Positions 1-9,931 of a DNA stretch of 64,000 nucleotides are shown here, one piece after another. Every line of letters begins with the position of its first letter. Within the stretch, counting starts at the first letter, position 1. The DNA is from Candidatus Poribacteria bacterium (lineage in GTDB: Bacteria; Poribacteria; WGA-4E; PCPOR2b). The DNA is taken from the NCBI GenBank assembly GCA_965116925.1, contig OZ220744.1, forward strand, positions 2,560,001-2,624,000. Direction: 5' to 3'. Made by a program: the position numbers and the translations under genes. The notes under the pieces are model-generated. The model had not been told where the DNA came from and searched no databases. It saw only the letters and a list, made by a program, of their open reading frames with translations.

Positions 1-108
1 TCCGATGAGATGGCGGCCGAACGGCGCACCATCCTCAAGCAACTCAATGAAGGGGAGATCTCCGCAGCGGAGGCGACTGAATTAATCAATCAATTAAGGG
101 GGAAATAA
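1..108 (+). CDS. Partial CDS (3' end), DUF2089-family-like protein with SHOCT-like C-terminus
   Basis: Frame 1 is open from base 1 and reads SDEMAAERRTILKQLNEGEISAAEATELINQLRGK*. ILxxLxxGEISAxEAxxL is the SHOCT-like motif, and the gene lies directly upstream of DUF4097 genes. Confidence 0.6.
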   Translation, partial: SDEMAAERRTILKQLNEGEISAAEATELINQLRGK

Positions 109-110
109 CG

Positions 111-1412
111 ATGAACGAGGAAAGAATGAGCATTCTCAAAATGGTGGCTGAAGGCAAAATTACGGCAGAGGAGGCGGAATCGCTCCTGCGAACCCTTGAC
201 GCACCTGATGAGTCCCAGCAAGTTTCTGAGGAACAGTTACCGTCCGAAGACGAGCAAGAGAGCTTTGTTGAGTTATTAAAATCTGGTGACGAATCGCAGA
301 AGGATCAGGGGCGGCTTTCGCTTGAGCTTAGACGGGTATCGGGAAATTCGGATGGAGATAGCAAACGTGGAGCGCGTCGTCGTCGGGGTAGGAACCACAG
401 AGCCCGTTACGAAGAGCCAAGAGCGCAGGTGCAGTTTGAAACAGGTGAAAAGTTTGATTTGGGAATTGATAGCCGACACGGCGATATTGAAGTGAAGTCA
501 TGGGCGGAAAACAGTCTCCAGATCGACTATCAGATCAGTGTGTGGGCGGAGGATGAGGAGACCGCGAAAGAGATCGCTTCGGAGATTGAGATCCGAATTG
601 AGCCTGAAAAAGATGCTTCAGGCCGGGCGACGCGGGCTTCGATTTCGACGAACTATCCGGAGGAATGGAAGTTGTGGCGGAACAGTGGTCCTCGTGCACG
701 CGTTGATTATTGGTTGGTCGTCCCGCAGCAGACGAATTTGGAACTTCACAATCGGCATGGTGGCGTGTCCGTCCACGATCTGCGTGGGACAACTACGATC
801 GGCAATCGGCACGGTAATGTCTTTCTCGGCGCAATTGGTGGAGATCTGAACTTAGATGCACACCATGGAAACGTCGAAGCGGATTCGATTCTAGGGAATG
901 TGTGCTTTAACTGTGGTCATGGGAATGCCGAACTTGGCAAAGTCGGTGGTAACCTTGAAGGTGACTATAGGCACGGAAACCTTGAACTTGATGCTATCGG
1001 CGGGGATCTCACACTGGCACATCGGCATGGAAACGCTGTCGTCCACTCGGTGGGTGGCACCATTGCGGTTAATAAGGGCCACGGGCGAATTGAACTCGGT
1101 GGGGTACGCGACACATTCCACATTGATGCACATCATGCAGCCCCTCATCTTGATGTGGTGGCACCTTTTAGCGGAGATTGCGTCATCAAGGGGCATCATG
1201 CAAAGGTGAACCTTGTTGCGCCGGAAAATGCGTTTGCGTCGATTCAGGCGTCAACCTATCGGGGGAGTATCTCCTCAGACTTTGAAGGGGATCTAACGAA
1301 CGGGAAACGAGAGCAACAGTTTACGGCAACTCCTAACACAGATGGAGCGAACCTGCAAGTTACTAATCATCACGGAGGGATTAACCTTCGTCGCCGTGGG
1401 GATGCAGCGTGA
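111..1412 (+). CDS. YvlB/LiaX-like protein: N-terminal SHOCT-like domain plus DUF4097 beta-strand repeats (His-rich)
   Basis: Starts MNEERMSILKMVAEGKITAEEAESLL; ~19-aa repeats with xHG turns; ends in the typical GGINL. Confidence 0.8.
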   Translation: MNEERMSILKMVAEGKITAEEAESLLRTLDAPDESQQVSEEQLPSEDEQESFVELLKSGDESQKDQGRLSLELRRVSGNSDGDSKRGARRRRGRNHRARYEEPRAQVQFETGEKFDLGIDSRHGDIEVKSWAENSLQIDYQISVWAEDEETAKEIASEIEIRIEPEKDASGRATRASISTNYPEEWKLWRNSGPRARVDYWLVVPQQTNLELHNRHGGVSVHDLRGTTTIGNRHGNVFLGAIGGDLNLDAHHGNVEADSILGNVCFNCGHGNAELGKVGGNLEGDYRHGNLELDAIGGDLTLAHRHGNAVVHSVGGTIAVNKGHGRIELGGVRDTFHIDAHHAAPHLDVVAPFSGDCVIKGHHAKVNLVAPENAFASIQASTYRGSISSDFEGDLTNGKREQQFTATPNTDGANLQVTNHHGGINLRRRGDAA

Positions 1413-1637
1413 AAACGAGAAAACGGGATGACGGGAAAACGAGAGAACAGGTAAACCAGACGAGAAGTGGCTCAGTGATCCGTGATCCATACATGTCGCC
1501 CCTCTGGGGCTACAAAACCGAAGAGATTTCCGGGCTATATACATTGCGCTCCTGTTCTATAAGTGGATTGTAGGTCGAGATTCATATCTCGACACCGAAC
1601 TATAGTGCTCACCAAATCGCGAAAGGGAGGTATAACA

Positions 1638-2744
1638 ATGAGACAAGATAGGCTTGAAGTGCTTAAAATGCTTGGGGAGGGGAAGATCAGTGCGGAGGAG
1701 GCAGAGATGTTGTTACGTGCCCTCGATGAGGCTGATGCGCCCGCAGAAGAGACTGATACTGAAGATGAAAAACCCAAGCAGGAGAAGGACTTTGTGCAGG
1801 AGATGACGGACATCTTTCAGGAGGTCGGGCGAGAAATCGAAGGTGAGGTCAGTAAGGCGCTTAAATCGGTGCAACGGGCGGATATTGGAAAGATTGTCGA
1901 CGAGGTGGTTGATCAGGTGAAGTCATCTGTTTCTGAAGCGGTTGATTCCGTGTCTGATATTGTTGACAGCACTGACGAAGCAGCGGAGGACAAGCGGAGC
2001 GTCAAGCAGCAACTGGATGTGTTTAAGGGCACCGGCATCACCAAAATTGATGCACAAACCGCTAACGGGCCGATCACGCTTGAAGGCTCGGACCGAGATG
2101 GGGTGACTGTCCGTGCGTGGAAGGAGATTCGTGGAAGAAGGACTGTCACAACGGAATTTGCCGAACAGGTCGAAATCTACGCGGAACAGATTGGGGATGA
2201 GCTTCAGATTTTCACGGATCATCCGCCTCCCCCAAAAGGCGTCAACCTCTCGGTGCGCTATGCAATTGAGACGCCGCGGGAGGTTGATGTGAATCTTCGT
2301 ACGGTCAACAGTAAAATCGAGATAAGTGGAATCAGTGGGGCAATTGATGCGACGACTGTTAATGGTGCCATAGAATTGGAGGGTGAAACGGGACCGATTC
2401 GTGCCCGCACCACCAACAGCTCGATTAAAGCCGAAATCGGTCTGCTGACCGACGATGCGGAGTTCTCAACGACCAACGGCTCGATAGGGGCAGAGGTGCA
2501 CCGTTGTGTTGGTTCTATGGCTGCGTTGACGACCAACGGCTCCATCAATTTAACGCTTCCCGCGGATTTTGCCGGGCAGCTCGACGCCGAAGCGAGGCGG
2601 GGACGTGTGCATTCTGATTTCCCCATCCCGGTTGTTGGAAAGATTAAAAATCGGCTGAAGGGTGAAGTTGGCGACGACGGCGAGGCGGTTGTTAAGCTGC
2701 GGAGCACGAATGGGTCAATTCGTTTGAAACGGCAAGAACCTTGA
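1638..2744 (+). CDS. SHOCT-like plus DUF4097 beta-strand repeat protein
   Basis: Start moved to ATG 1638 behind a GGGAGG RBS; N-terminus RLEVLKMLGEGKISAEEAEMLL; TxNG repeats; ends STNGSIRL. Confidence 0.8.
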   Translation: MRQDRLEVLKMLGEGKISAEEAEMLLRALDEADAPAEETDTEDEKPKQEKDFVQEMTDIFQEVGREIEGEVSKALKSVQRADIGKIVDEVVDQVKSSVSEAVDSVSDIVDSTDEAAEDKRSVKQQLDVFKGTGITKIDAQTANGPITLEGSDRDGVTVRAWKEIRGRRTVTTEFAEQVEIYAEQIGDELQIFTDHPPPPKGVNLSVRYAIETPREVDVNLRTVNSKIEISGISGAIDATTVNGAIELEGETGPIRARTTNSSIKAEIGLLTDDAEFSTTNGSIGAEVHRCVGSMAALTTNGSINLTLPADFAGQLDAEARRGRVHSDFPIPVVGKIKNRLKGEVGDDGEAVVKLRSTNGSIRLKRQEP

Positions 2745-2869
2745 AGCATGAAACGTGAAGATGGGAAAACGCGAAAGCGAGAAAACGGGATTAATCGCAG
2801 GTTCGGATACCTATGATACGTACAGGTTAGGAAACCTATACCCACTACTAGCAATTTTAGGAGGTTATC

Positions 2870-3895
2870 ATGCGGATGGGATTCGGTAAGTTTCAAATCA
2901 TGCTGATTTTACAAAGTGTGCTATTTGCAGGGCTGGCTATTGCTGACGCTGCTGTTGAGAATAACATTGAGAGGTCGTTTCAAGTCGCTTCCGGTGGACG
3001 TTTGACGATTGATGCGGACAGAGGTTCGATTGAGGTCCGCACGGCAGATCATGACCTTGTTGATGTAAAGATTGAAAGGAAGGTCAAAAGAGGGGGCAAA
3101 TGGAGCGTTGAAGAGGTCCTTGAAGATTTCCCAATCACCTTTGACCATAGTGACGGTGGGGTTACAATTCGAGCGAAGTACGGTGAGAAGAAGTCTTGGC
3201 CATGGAATCGGGAAAGAAATCGATTGGGGATTAAATTCTTGATTACCGTTCCGCAACGATACAACGTTGATCTGAAAACTGCGGGGGCGGGCATTTCTGT
3301 TGGTGATCTGGAAGGTGAGGTTCGCAGTCAGACATCAGGAGGCAGGCTCCGCTTGGGAAACATTGAGGGACCCGTTTGGGGGCGAACTTCGGGCGGCAGC
3401 ATTAAATTAGCGGGAACGCAAGGCGATGCGGATGTCAGGACCTCCGGGGGCAAGATAACGATCGGCAGCGTGGCGGGAGCGGTGGAAGCCAAGACCTCTG
3501 GTGGATCGATTAGCATCAACAAGGCAACCGGCGGTGTTAACGCCAAAACCTCTGGAGGTAGCATTACGGTTGAGGAGGTGATGGGGAGCATCAACGCGAA
3601 GACCTCCGGCGGCTCTATCAAAGCGTATATTTCTCGCCAACCTAAAGAGGATTGTTCGCTGGAGACATCAGGGGGAAGTGTGACTGCCTACCTTGTTGAG
3701 GACATCAGCATTGATGTGGAAGCTCGGACAAGCGGTGGTAGTGTGTCTACCGATGTTCCGATCGCAACTGTTGTGCAGGGCAAGGTAAGAAAAAACAGGC
3801 TACAGGGCGCGATTAACGGTGGGGGACCGCTGCTTAAACTGCGTACTTCCGGCGGTAGCATCCGTCTGCACAAAAAGCCGATCGTCGAGTCTTAG
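2870..3895 (+). CDS. Secreted DUF4097 (putative adhesin) repeat protein
   Basis: GGAGG RBS; signal peptide (AIA|DA); many TSGGSI repeats. Confidence 0.8.
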   Translation: MRMGFGKFQIMLILQSVLFAGLAIADAAVENNIERSFQVASGGRLTIDADRGSIEVRTADHDLVDVKIERKVKRGGKWSVEEVLEDFPITFDHSDGGVTIRAKYGEKKSWPWNRERNRLGIKFLITVPQRYNVDLKTAGAGISVGDLEGEVRSQTSGGRLRLGNIEGPVWGRTSGGSIKLAGTQGDADVRTSGGKITIGSVAGAVEAKTSGGSISINKATGGVNAKTSGGSITVEEVMGSINAKTSGGSIKAYISRQPKEDCSLETSGGSVTAYLVEDISIDVEARTSGGSVSTDVPIATVVQGKVRKNRLQGAINGGGPLLKLRTSGGSIRLHKKPIVES

Positions 3896-4369
3896 CATGA
3901 AAACGAGGAGATGAGATAACGAGAGGACGGGAAAACGAGATAACGAGAAAACGAGAAGACAACCGATCATCGAGTATGGAAAATTGACCTACAGTTCAGT
4001 GTGAAAACGAGATAACGAGAAAACGAGAATATGCAAAATTCGGCTTATACGTCCAGAGGGGCATTTCGTGGGGAACAACGATCGTTGTTCCCTACACCCC
4101 TCCTAAAGTGGTTGCCTTGTTGTAGGTCGATTTTGGAAACTCGACAATCTTTCGTAGCCACAGTTTTCCTAACCTGTAATCATGACATAGGAAGATGTCG
4201 AGATATGAATCTCGACCTACAGGAATTCAGATTCTGTTAGTGTACGAGGGGTGTTGATGGGCGGGGGAACCCCGCCCCTACGCAAATATATCGTAATATG
4301 CACAAGGGTTACGGCACACGGCGTGTGTCTACTACCTTTGTGGACGGCATACGGAGTATGCCTACTACT

Positions 4370-5077
4370 TTAGATCGTCCCATCTTGTGGCTCGTAGCCG
4401 AGAATTTCGCAGGTGTGGGAGATGTCGAGTCGTGGGGTTTCGTGACGGCTCTGTCCGTGCACGATTGCGAAGTCAACCCCTTCGACATCGATGCAGCATC
4501 CTATCAGTTGCGCCAAATCGCGTTGGCTGATCCAGCCCTGTCCCATATCACCTCGGTTTCTGTTTGGTTCGCCTTCTCGTTTAATTCCGCCGATACGGAT
4601 TGCTATTGACGACAGTCCGTCGTGTGCAAAACACTGTCCCAACGCCTCGCCAAAACATTTGGTTACGCCGTAGACGTTTGGTGGGTTGACGGGCATATCC
4701 CAAGTGACGGAGAGGTCGGATGGATAGGCTAACATTGCGTTGATGCTGCTGGCAAAGACGACGCGCTCACAGCCTTGATCCTTTGCCGCTTGGAAGACGT
4801 TGTATGTGCCGATGATGTTCAGTGACAACAGGGTTTCGTAGAAGTCCGCTGCTGGACTGCGGTCGGCGGCGAGGTGGACAACCGTGTCCATCCCTTCGCA
4901 GGCGCGCTGCATCTGATCGAGGTCGGCGATGTCCGCCTTCATAACCTCATGCCCATTCGGATTTTCGATTTCGGCGATGTCTGCCAATCGCATGATGTAC
5001 CGATCACCGTAGTTTTGACGAATATAGCTGCCGATGAATCCTGCTGCACCGGTAATTAAAACGCGTTTACGTGCCAT
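4370..5077 (-). CDS. NAD(P)-dependent epimerase/dehydrogenase (uronate dehydrogenase-like)
   Basis: TGAAGFIG Rossmann motif, VHLAA, FASS and YGVTK (YxxxK). Confidence 0.85.
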   Translation of the reverse strand: MARKRVLITGAAGFIGSYIRQNYGDRYIMRLADIAEIENPNGHEVMKADIADLDQMQRACEGMDTVVHLAADRSPAADFYETLLSLNIIGTYNVFQAAKDQGCERVVFASSINAMLAYPSDLSVTWDMPVNPPNVYGVTKCFGEALGQCFAHDGLSSIAIRIGGIKREGEPNRNRGDMGQGWISQRDLAQLIGCCIDVEGVDFAIVHGQSRHETPRLDISHTCEILGYEPQDGTI

Positions 5078-5175
5078 GTGGGTTGTTTCTCCTTGTTGAT
5101 GTGTTTATGGGTGCAGTCGGGCTAGGAAGCCCGACCTACGGGGGTTATCTTGTTAAAACTCGTTTACATGCCATA

Positions 5176-5961
5176 TTATGATTTCTCCTTCTCTTTTGCT
5201 TCTTCCCAGATTAGATCTAATCCAGCCAAATCGTAGTCTTTGAAAGTCTTGCCGCGTTCCTCAAGAGTCTCTTCCATTTTTTGGAAGCGGTTGGTAAACT
5301 TGCGCACTGCTCGGCGCAACGCCTCCTCCGCCTGCACATCCAAGAAACGGCATAGGTTCACCACAGAAAACAGGAGATCTCCAATCTCCATCTCAATCTC
5401 TGCCGTATCTCCCTCCTTCACGCTCGCTTTGACCTCCTCGATTTCTTCCTCTAACTTCGGAAGGACATCGGCGACGGTGTCCCAATCGAAACCGACGCGG
5501 GCGGCTCTGTTCTGAATCTTCTGCGCCCTCAACAGACTGGGCAGGGAGTCTGGCACCCCATCGAGGACAGATTTCCGATCCTCATAGCCTGCCTCACTTC
5601 GCTTAATCGCCTCCCAATTCTGAAGCACCGTCTCCGCGTCCTTTGCATCGACATCCCCAAAGACGTGCGGGTGGCGGCGGATGAGTTTATCCGTTACTGA
5701 ACGCACGACCTCGTTGATGCTGAAATCGCCTTGATCTTTTGCGATCTGTGCGTTGAGCATAACTAGTAGTAGGAGGTCGCCGAGTTCTTCCTGTAGCTTA
5801 TCGGATGATTTCGCGTCGATTGCTTCGATTACTTCGTAGGTTTCTTCGATGATGTCTGATTTCAGGGTTTCGTGGGTCTGTGCTTTGTCCCACGGGCAGC
5901 CGTTTTCGCCGCGTAATGTGGCAACAACTTGAACGAGTTGGTCAAATAGTTCTTTGTGCAT
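5176..5961 (-). CDS. mazG: Nucleoside triphosphate pyrophosphohydrolase MazG
   Basis: LRGENGCPWD, EETYEV, EELGDLL, KLIRRHPHVF, GFDW and a second EIGDLLF. Confidence 0.95.
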   Translation of the reverse strand: MHKELFDQLVQVVATLRGENGCPWDKAQTHETLKSDIIEETYEVIEAIDAKSSDKLQEELGDLLLLVMLNAQIAKDQGDFSINEVVRSVTDKLIRRHPHVFGDVDAKDAETVLQNWEAIKRSEAGYEDRKSVLDGVPDSLPSLLRAQKIQNRAARVGFDWDTVADVLPKLEEEIEEVKASVKEGDTAEIEMEIGDLLFSVVNLCRFLDVQAEEALRRAVRKFTNRFQKMEETLEERGKTFKDYDLAGLDLIWEEAKEKEKS

Positions 5962-5984
5962 AGATAATAGCCTCCGAGGGGTTG

Positions 5985-6056
5985 AGTATAGTGTATATTT
6001 GTGGCTCTTGTCAAGTTGGAAAATCTATTGACCTGTCAGGGTCTGCGTGCTATGAT
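5985..6056. promoter_or_regulatory. Divergent sigma70-type promoters
   Basis: Minus strand: TTGACA(6014-6009)-18-TATACT(5990-5985) toward mazG. Plus strand: TTGACC(6028)-17-TATGAT(6051) with a TG extension. Confidence 0.6.
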
Positions 6057-6323
6057 GATGCGTGAAACGCAAAACGTAATGCGTAAAAAGTTCGTTATGG
6101 GGTATTGGTTCATTAAGGGATTATCAAGAGTTGGGTTTCACAGTTGAAACAACGAACCAACACAGCCCCAACGGGACGATAATTGTCTGAATCGCGGATG
6201 AAGAGGATTACGCAGATTACACGGATTAAAAACCGCCGAACTTCCCCGATTCAAAGCCCCAGCGGGGCGACATGTGTTATAGAAGACACGGAACATGAAA
6301 CGTGACTAGGGCGTGTTGACATT

Positions 6324-6461
6324 TATAGTGGATCTTAGAATTAATGAGACACTCTCAACGCACAACCAACCCCCTAAATCCCCCTTGTCAGGGGGACTTG
6401 AGAAACTTCGCAAAGGGCGGAGTTGTTGGTAAATGTTTATTTATTTTTTGAATCCACTATA
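6324..6461. mobile_element. MITE with TATAGTGGAT...ATCCACTATA termini
   Basis: Terminal inverted repeats. Related complete copies at ~54074-54316 and 55106-55213; left ends only at ~9516 and 16017. Confidence 0.6.
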
Positions 6462-6612
6462 TATGAGGTGCATCCGTAATCGTAGGGGCGAGGTTGCCTC
6501 GCCCGGCGGGTTGGGGGACCCAACCCCTACGAAGGCTTATGCGTCTGTCCAACCATCTTGGTTGTCTGGTTGCAATGAAATGTTAGCAGAACCTATGTAG
6601 ATGGAGCGAAGT

Positions 6613-6942
6613 ATGGAATATACACTCGAAAATTGTCAGAAATTGGTCGATGAATGGATTAAAACGGTTGGGGTCCGCTACTTTTCCGAGTTGACAAATA
6701 CCGCTATCCTGATGGAGGAGGTCGGGGAGATGGCGCGTATCATGGCGCGCCGATATGGAGACCAGAGTTTTAAGGCGTCGGATAGAGAGGTGGATCTGGC
6801 GGAAGAGATGGCGGACGTGCTGTTTGTGCTGATCTGTTTGGCGAATCAGACGGGGGTGGACCTAGAGGACGCCTTTCGGAAGTCGATCGAGAAGAAGACG
6901 AAACGTGACCGGCAGCGGCATCAGGAGAATCCGAAACTTTAG
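6613..6942 (+). CDS. Single-domain MazG-like nucleotide pyrophosphohydrolase (YpjD-like)
   Basis: VRYFSELTNTAILMEEVGEMAR and EEMADVLFVLICLANQTGVDL. Start is 6601 or 6613 (GGAG precedes 6613). Confidence 0.9.
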   Translation: MEYTLENCQKLVDEWIKTVGVRYFSELTNTAILMEEVGEMARIMARRYGDQSFKASDREVDLAEEMADVLFVLICLANQTGVDLEDAFRKSIEKKTKRDRQRHQENPKL

Positions 6943-7057
6943 AGTTCATTGGTTCACTAGTTCAAGGGTTCATTAATGTGCTAGGGCGTATTGACATATT
7001 GATGTTGCTGATTGGTCAATGTGATAAATGTAGTGCAAACTGTTAGTTTGCGTATTG

Positions 7058-7123
7058 AGATCACAATCTAACAGATCGTGGTACAGAGGAAGGATAAGAT
7101 CACAATCTAACAGATCGTGGTAC
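7058..7123. repeat. Direct repeat, 27 bp x2 with a 39-bp period
   Basis: AGATCACAATCTAACAGATCGTGGTAC at 7058 and 7097. Confidence 0.8.
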
Positions 7124-7147
7124 GGAAGAAATGAACCAATGAACCAA

Positions 7148-8344
7148 TTACGGTAGGTTGAGTTCTACTTCAACCGCTTCGTCGTAATCGACGCCATCGA
7201 CATCGAAGCCGAATAGGTTGCGGAAACTGTGCTGTAGACCGTCGTAGTCGGAGATCTCACGGAAGTTGTCGGTGTTAATCTGACCCCACCGTTCTATAAT
7301 TTCGGCGGTGACATCGGCGCGGAGTTCTCGGTCATCGAGCCGGATGCGGCGTTCAGCGTCGAGCGTTGGGGAGAGGTCGGGACCGAGGTGTTCTGTGAAA
7401 AGCCGTCCCATCTGCGCGATCGGATCCTCGTTGGTCCCTTTGGCGTCCATGATTTGGTTGAGGATACTCATGTATAGCGGGACGACTGGGATCGCCATTG
7501 ATGCTTGTGAGACGATGGCTTTGTTGACGGAGAGGTAGACGTTACCGCCGAGTTTGTCGGAGAGTGTTTGGTCCAGATTGTTGACGCGGGTTTCGAGATC
7601 CTCTTTTGCTTTGCCGATTGTGCCGTCGCGGTAGATTGCCCATGTGAGTTCGGGGCCGATGTAGGAGTATGTTACCACCGTTGCCCCCTGTGCGAGCAGG
7701 TCTTCGGCGAGCAGTGCGTCCGTCCAGAATTCCAGATCTTCGCCTCCCATCACGGCAACGGTGTCCGTGATCTCCTGTTCGCTTGCCGCTTCAAGGGTAA
7801 CATCGGTGACCACCTCTCGGTTCAGGTCGATCGTTTGGCTGGTGTAGGACTGACCGATCGGCTTCAGCACGGAATTATGCTCTGCGCCGGTGCGTGGATG
7901 TATCCGCCGTGGTGCTGCGATGCTGTAAACAACCATGTCAATCTTACCCATGCCCCCTTTGATTCGATCGATTGTCTCTCTCTTGATATCATCGGAGAAG
8001 GCGTCGCCGTTGATGCTTTCGGCGGAGAATCCGTCCTGTGCTGCGAGCTGATGGAAGGCAACGGAGTTATAGTAACCCGCGGTGGCAGTCCGTTTTCCGG
8101 CTGCCGGGCGTTCATAGAAGATCCCTAGCGATTTTGCGCCGTAAGCCCAAGTGAGTGCGATGCGGGATGCGAGTCCGTATCCGGTCGATGCACCGACCAC
8201 GAGAACGTTGAGGTCTGTTTGTTTGGTCCCGGTGTTTGATTTGATGTAATTTACTTGGTTTTGGATATTTTGACGGCACCCAGCTGGGTGGGCGTTTGTG
8301 CAGATGAAACCTCGGATCCGAGATTTGATGACTTCAACTGACAT
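7148..8344 (-). CDS. fabV: Enoyl-ACP / trans-2-enoyl-CoA reductase FabV
   Basis: RGFICTNAHPAGC, GASTGYGLASR, INGDAFS, VMGGED, YSYIGPE and GTIGKAK. Confidence 0.93.
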   Translation of the reverse strand: MSVEVIKSRIRGFICTNAHPAGCRQNIQNQVNYIKSNTGTKQTDLNVLVVGASTGYGLASRIALTWAYGAKSLGIFYERPAAGKRTATAGYYNSVAFHQLAAQDGFSAESINGDAFSDDIKRETIDRIKGGMGKIDMVVYSIAAPRRIHPRTGAEHNSVLKPIGQSYTSQTIDLNREVVTDVTLEAASEQEITDTVAVMGGEDLEFWTDALLAEDLLAQGATVVTYSYIGPELTWAIYRDGTIGKAKEDLETRVNNLDQTLSDKLGGNVYLSVNKAIVSQASMAIPVVPLYMSILNQIMDAKGTNEDPIAQMGRLFTEHLGPDLSPTLDAERRIRLDDRELRADVTAEIIERWGQINTDNFREISDYDGLQHSFRNLFGFDVDGVDYDEAVEVELNLP

Positions 8345-8649
8345 GGGTTCCTTCCTTTATTGGTTCATTAGTTTATTACTCCAGTTTTCGCCTCCCTTCA
8401 ACCGCAGAGACACAGAGAACGCCGAGCAAAGCGGAAATCATTAAAGAAATTCTATAGACATATCATTCCTCCGGCGCACTAAAATCGCAAAAAGTGTTAG
8501 ATTTTGTTAGGTTTTGCCAAAAAAGGGCGGGGCAACCCCGCCCCTACGATATGTTAGGAACGCAGATCTGCGTTCCCTACCACCCGCTTACCTCGAAACG
8601 TCAGAAACCGAGTTTTCAAGAAAAAACTCGGTTTCTCCTGCTCGCGCCA

Positions 8650-9108
8650 CTATTCGATTTCGATGACCAATTCGACTTCGACGGGGATGCTGCCGGGCAG
8701 CTGTACCATCCCGACCGCGGACCGGGCGTGCCTGCCGCTATCGCCGAACACTTCCACCAACAGGTCTGATACGCCGTTGACTACGGACGGTTGCTCGGTG
8801 AAGCTTGGGGCGGAATTGACGAAGCCGACGACTTTCACGACGCGCTTGACCCGATCGAGAGAGCCGAGCGCGTTTTGGAGCGTGGCAAGGAGGCATAAGC
8901 CGACCTGCCGTGCGGATGCATACCCTTCCTCGATTGTCAAATCTGACCCCACCTGCCCTTTATATAGAGGACCTTCGCCCCTGCCGGGTCCGTGACCTGA
9001 TGTAAATATCAGGTTTCCTGTCTGGACGGTTGTTACATAATTCCCTATCGGTGTTGCTGCTGCTGGCAGTTCAATGCCGAGTTCTTCGAGTCGTTTCTCT
9101 GCTGACAT
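8650..9108 (-). CDS. RidA/YjgF family protein
   Basis: GNYV..VQTGNLIFTSG, VNGVSDLLVEVFG and GRHARSAVG. Confidence 0.9.
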   Translation of the reverse strand: MSAEKRLEELGIELPAAATPIGNYVTTVQTGNLIFTSGHGPGRGEGPLYKGQVGSDLTIEEGYASARQVGLCLLATLQNALGSLDRVKRVVKVVGFVNSAPSFTEQPSVVNGVSDLLVEVFGDSGRHARSAVGMVQLPGSIPVEVELVIEIE

Positions 9109-9136
9109 AACGGATGTTTCCTCCTGAAAATTAAGT

Positions 9137-9270
9137 CACTCATGTTAAGAAATGGTGCAACAGAAACTTCGTAGGGGTTGGGTCCCCCGACCCGCACTGG
9201 TAAGTAAGGGCGGGGAGACCCCGCCCCTACGATTTATTTTCTTGCTTTGCACCTTCTTTTTACGTGAGCC
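9137..9270. mobile_element. MITE with GGCTCATG-type TIRs enclosing two GTAG REPs
   Basis: CACTCATGTTAAGAAATGGTGCAA ... TTGCACCTTCTTTTTACGTGAGCC, flanked by AATTAAGT and AATTAGGT (near-perfect 8-bp duplication). Confidence 0.65.
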
Positions 9271-9299
9271 AATTAGGTTAGATGTAATGCTAGTAATGG

Positions 9300-9376
9300 A
9301 GTATAGCATAGTCCGGTGAGTCAGTCAATGAAACAATTTCTTTTCGCTTGTTCATTGTGGGGTTGTGTGCTAAAAT
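9300..9376. promoter_or_regulatory. Divergent sigma70-type promoters (ridA and RM gene)
   Basis: Minus strand: TTGACT(9328)-17-TATACT(9305). Plus strand: TTGTTC(9348)-17-TAAAAT(9371) with a TG extension. Confidence 0.5.
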
Positions 9377-9931
9377 GCGGGCGGAATGAAACGTGATGTG
9401 TGAAAAGAAACTTGTCTGAATCGCGGATTAAGAGGATTACGCAGATTGCACGGATTAAAAACCGATGAACTTCCCGGATTCAAAGCCCCAGCGGGACGAC
9501 ATGTTTATAGCATTTATGGTAGATTTTAGAATTAATTAGATATTGCCAATCGGCGAGGTTAGGAAACATCGACTACCGGGGATAAAAAATCCGGGCTATG
9601 ACCCCGGTAGGTGCGGTTTCCAACCGCACCGCATCGGCGCAGTTGAAAACAGCGCCTACCAAACACCGGGAGCGAATCCGTTTCATCTGACTTTCGCTCC
9701 AGCGGAGCGATATATCTATAGAATGTTGATTATCCAACGACCGCGCTCCAGCGGAGCGCAATGTGTATAGCACGTGCAACAATCCGAACTAAAGCCCCAG
9801 CGGGGCGACATGTGTGATACAGGTAGGAAACGTGATGTGTCAACGATATTGATTCAGGGTGTTGGGTTTCACTGTTCCCGTTCAACCCAACCTACGGCAC
9901 ACGGAGTGTGCCTATTACTTTAAGGTGTTTT

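Noticed and set aside
7058..7123. CRISPR-like direct repeat
   Set aside because: Only two copies with a 12-bp gap, part of a REP family, and no cas genes.
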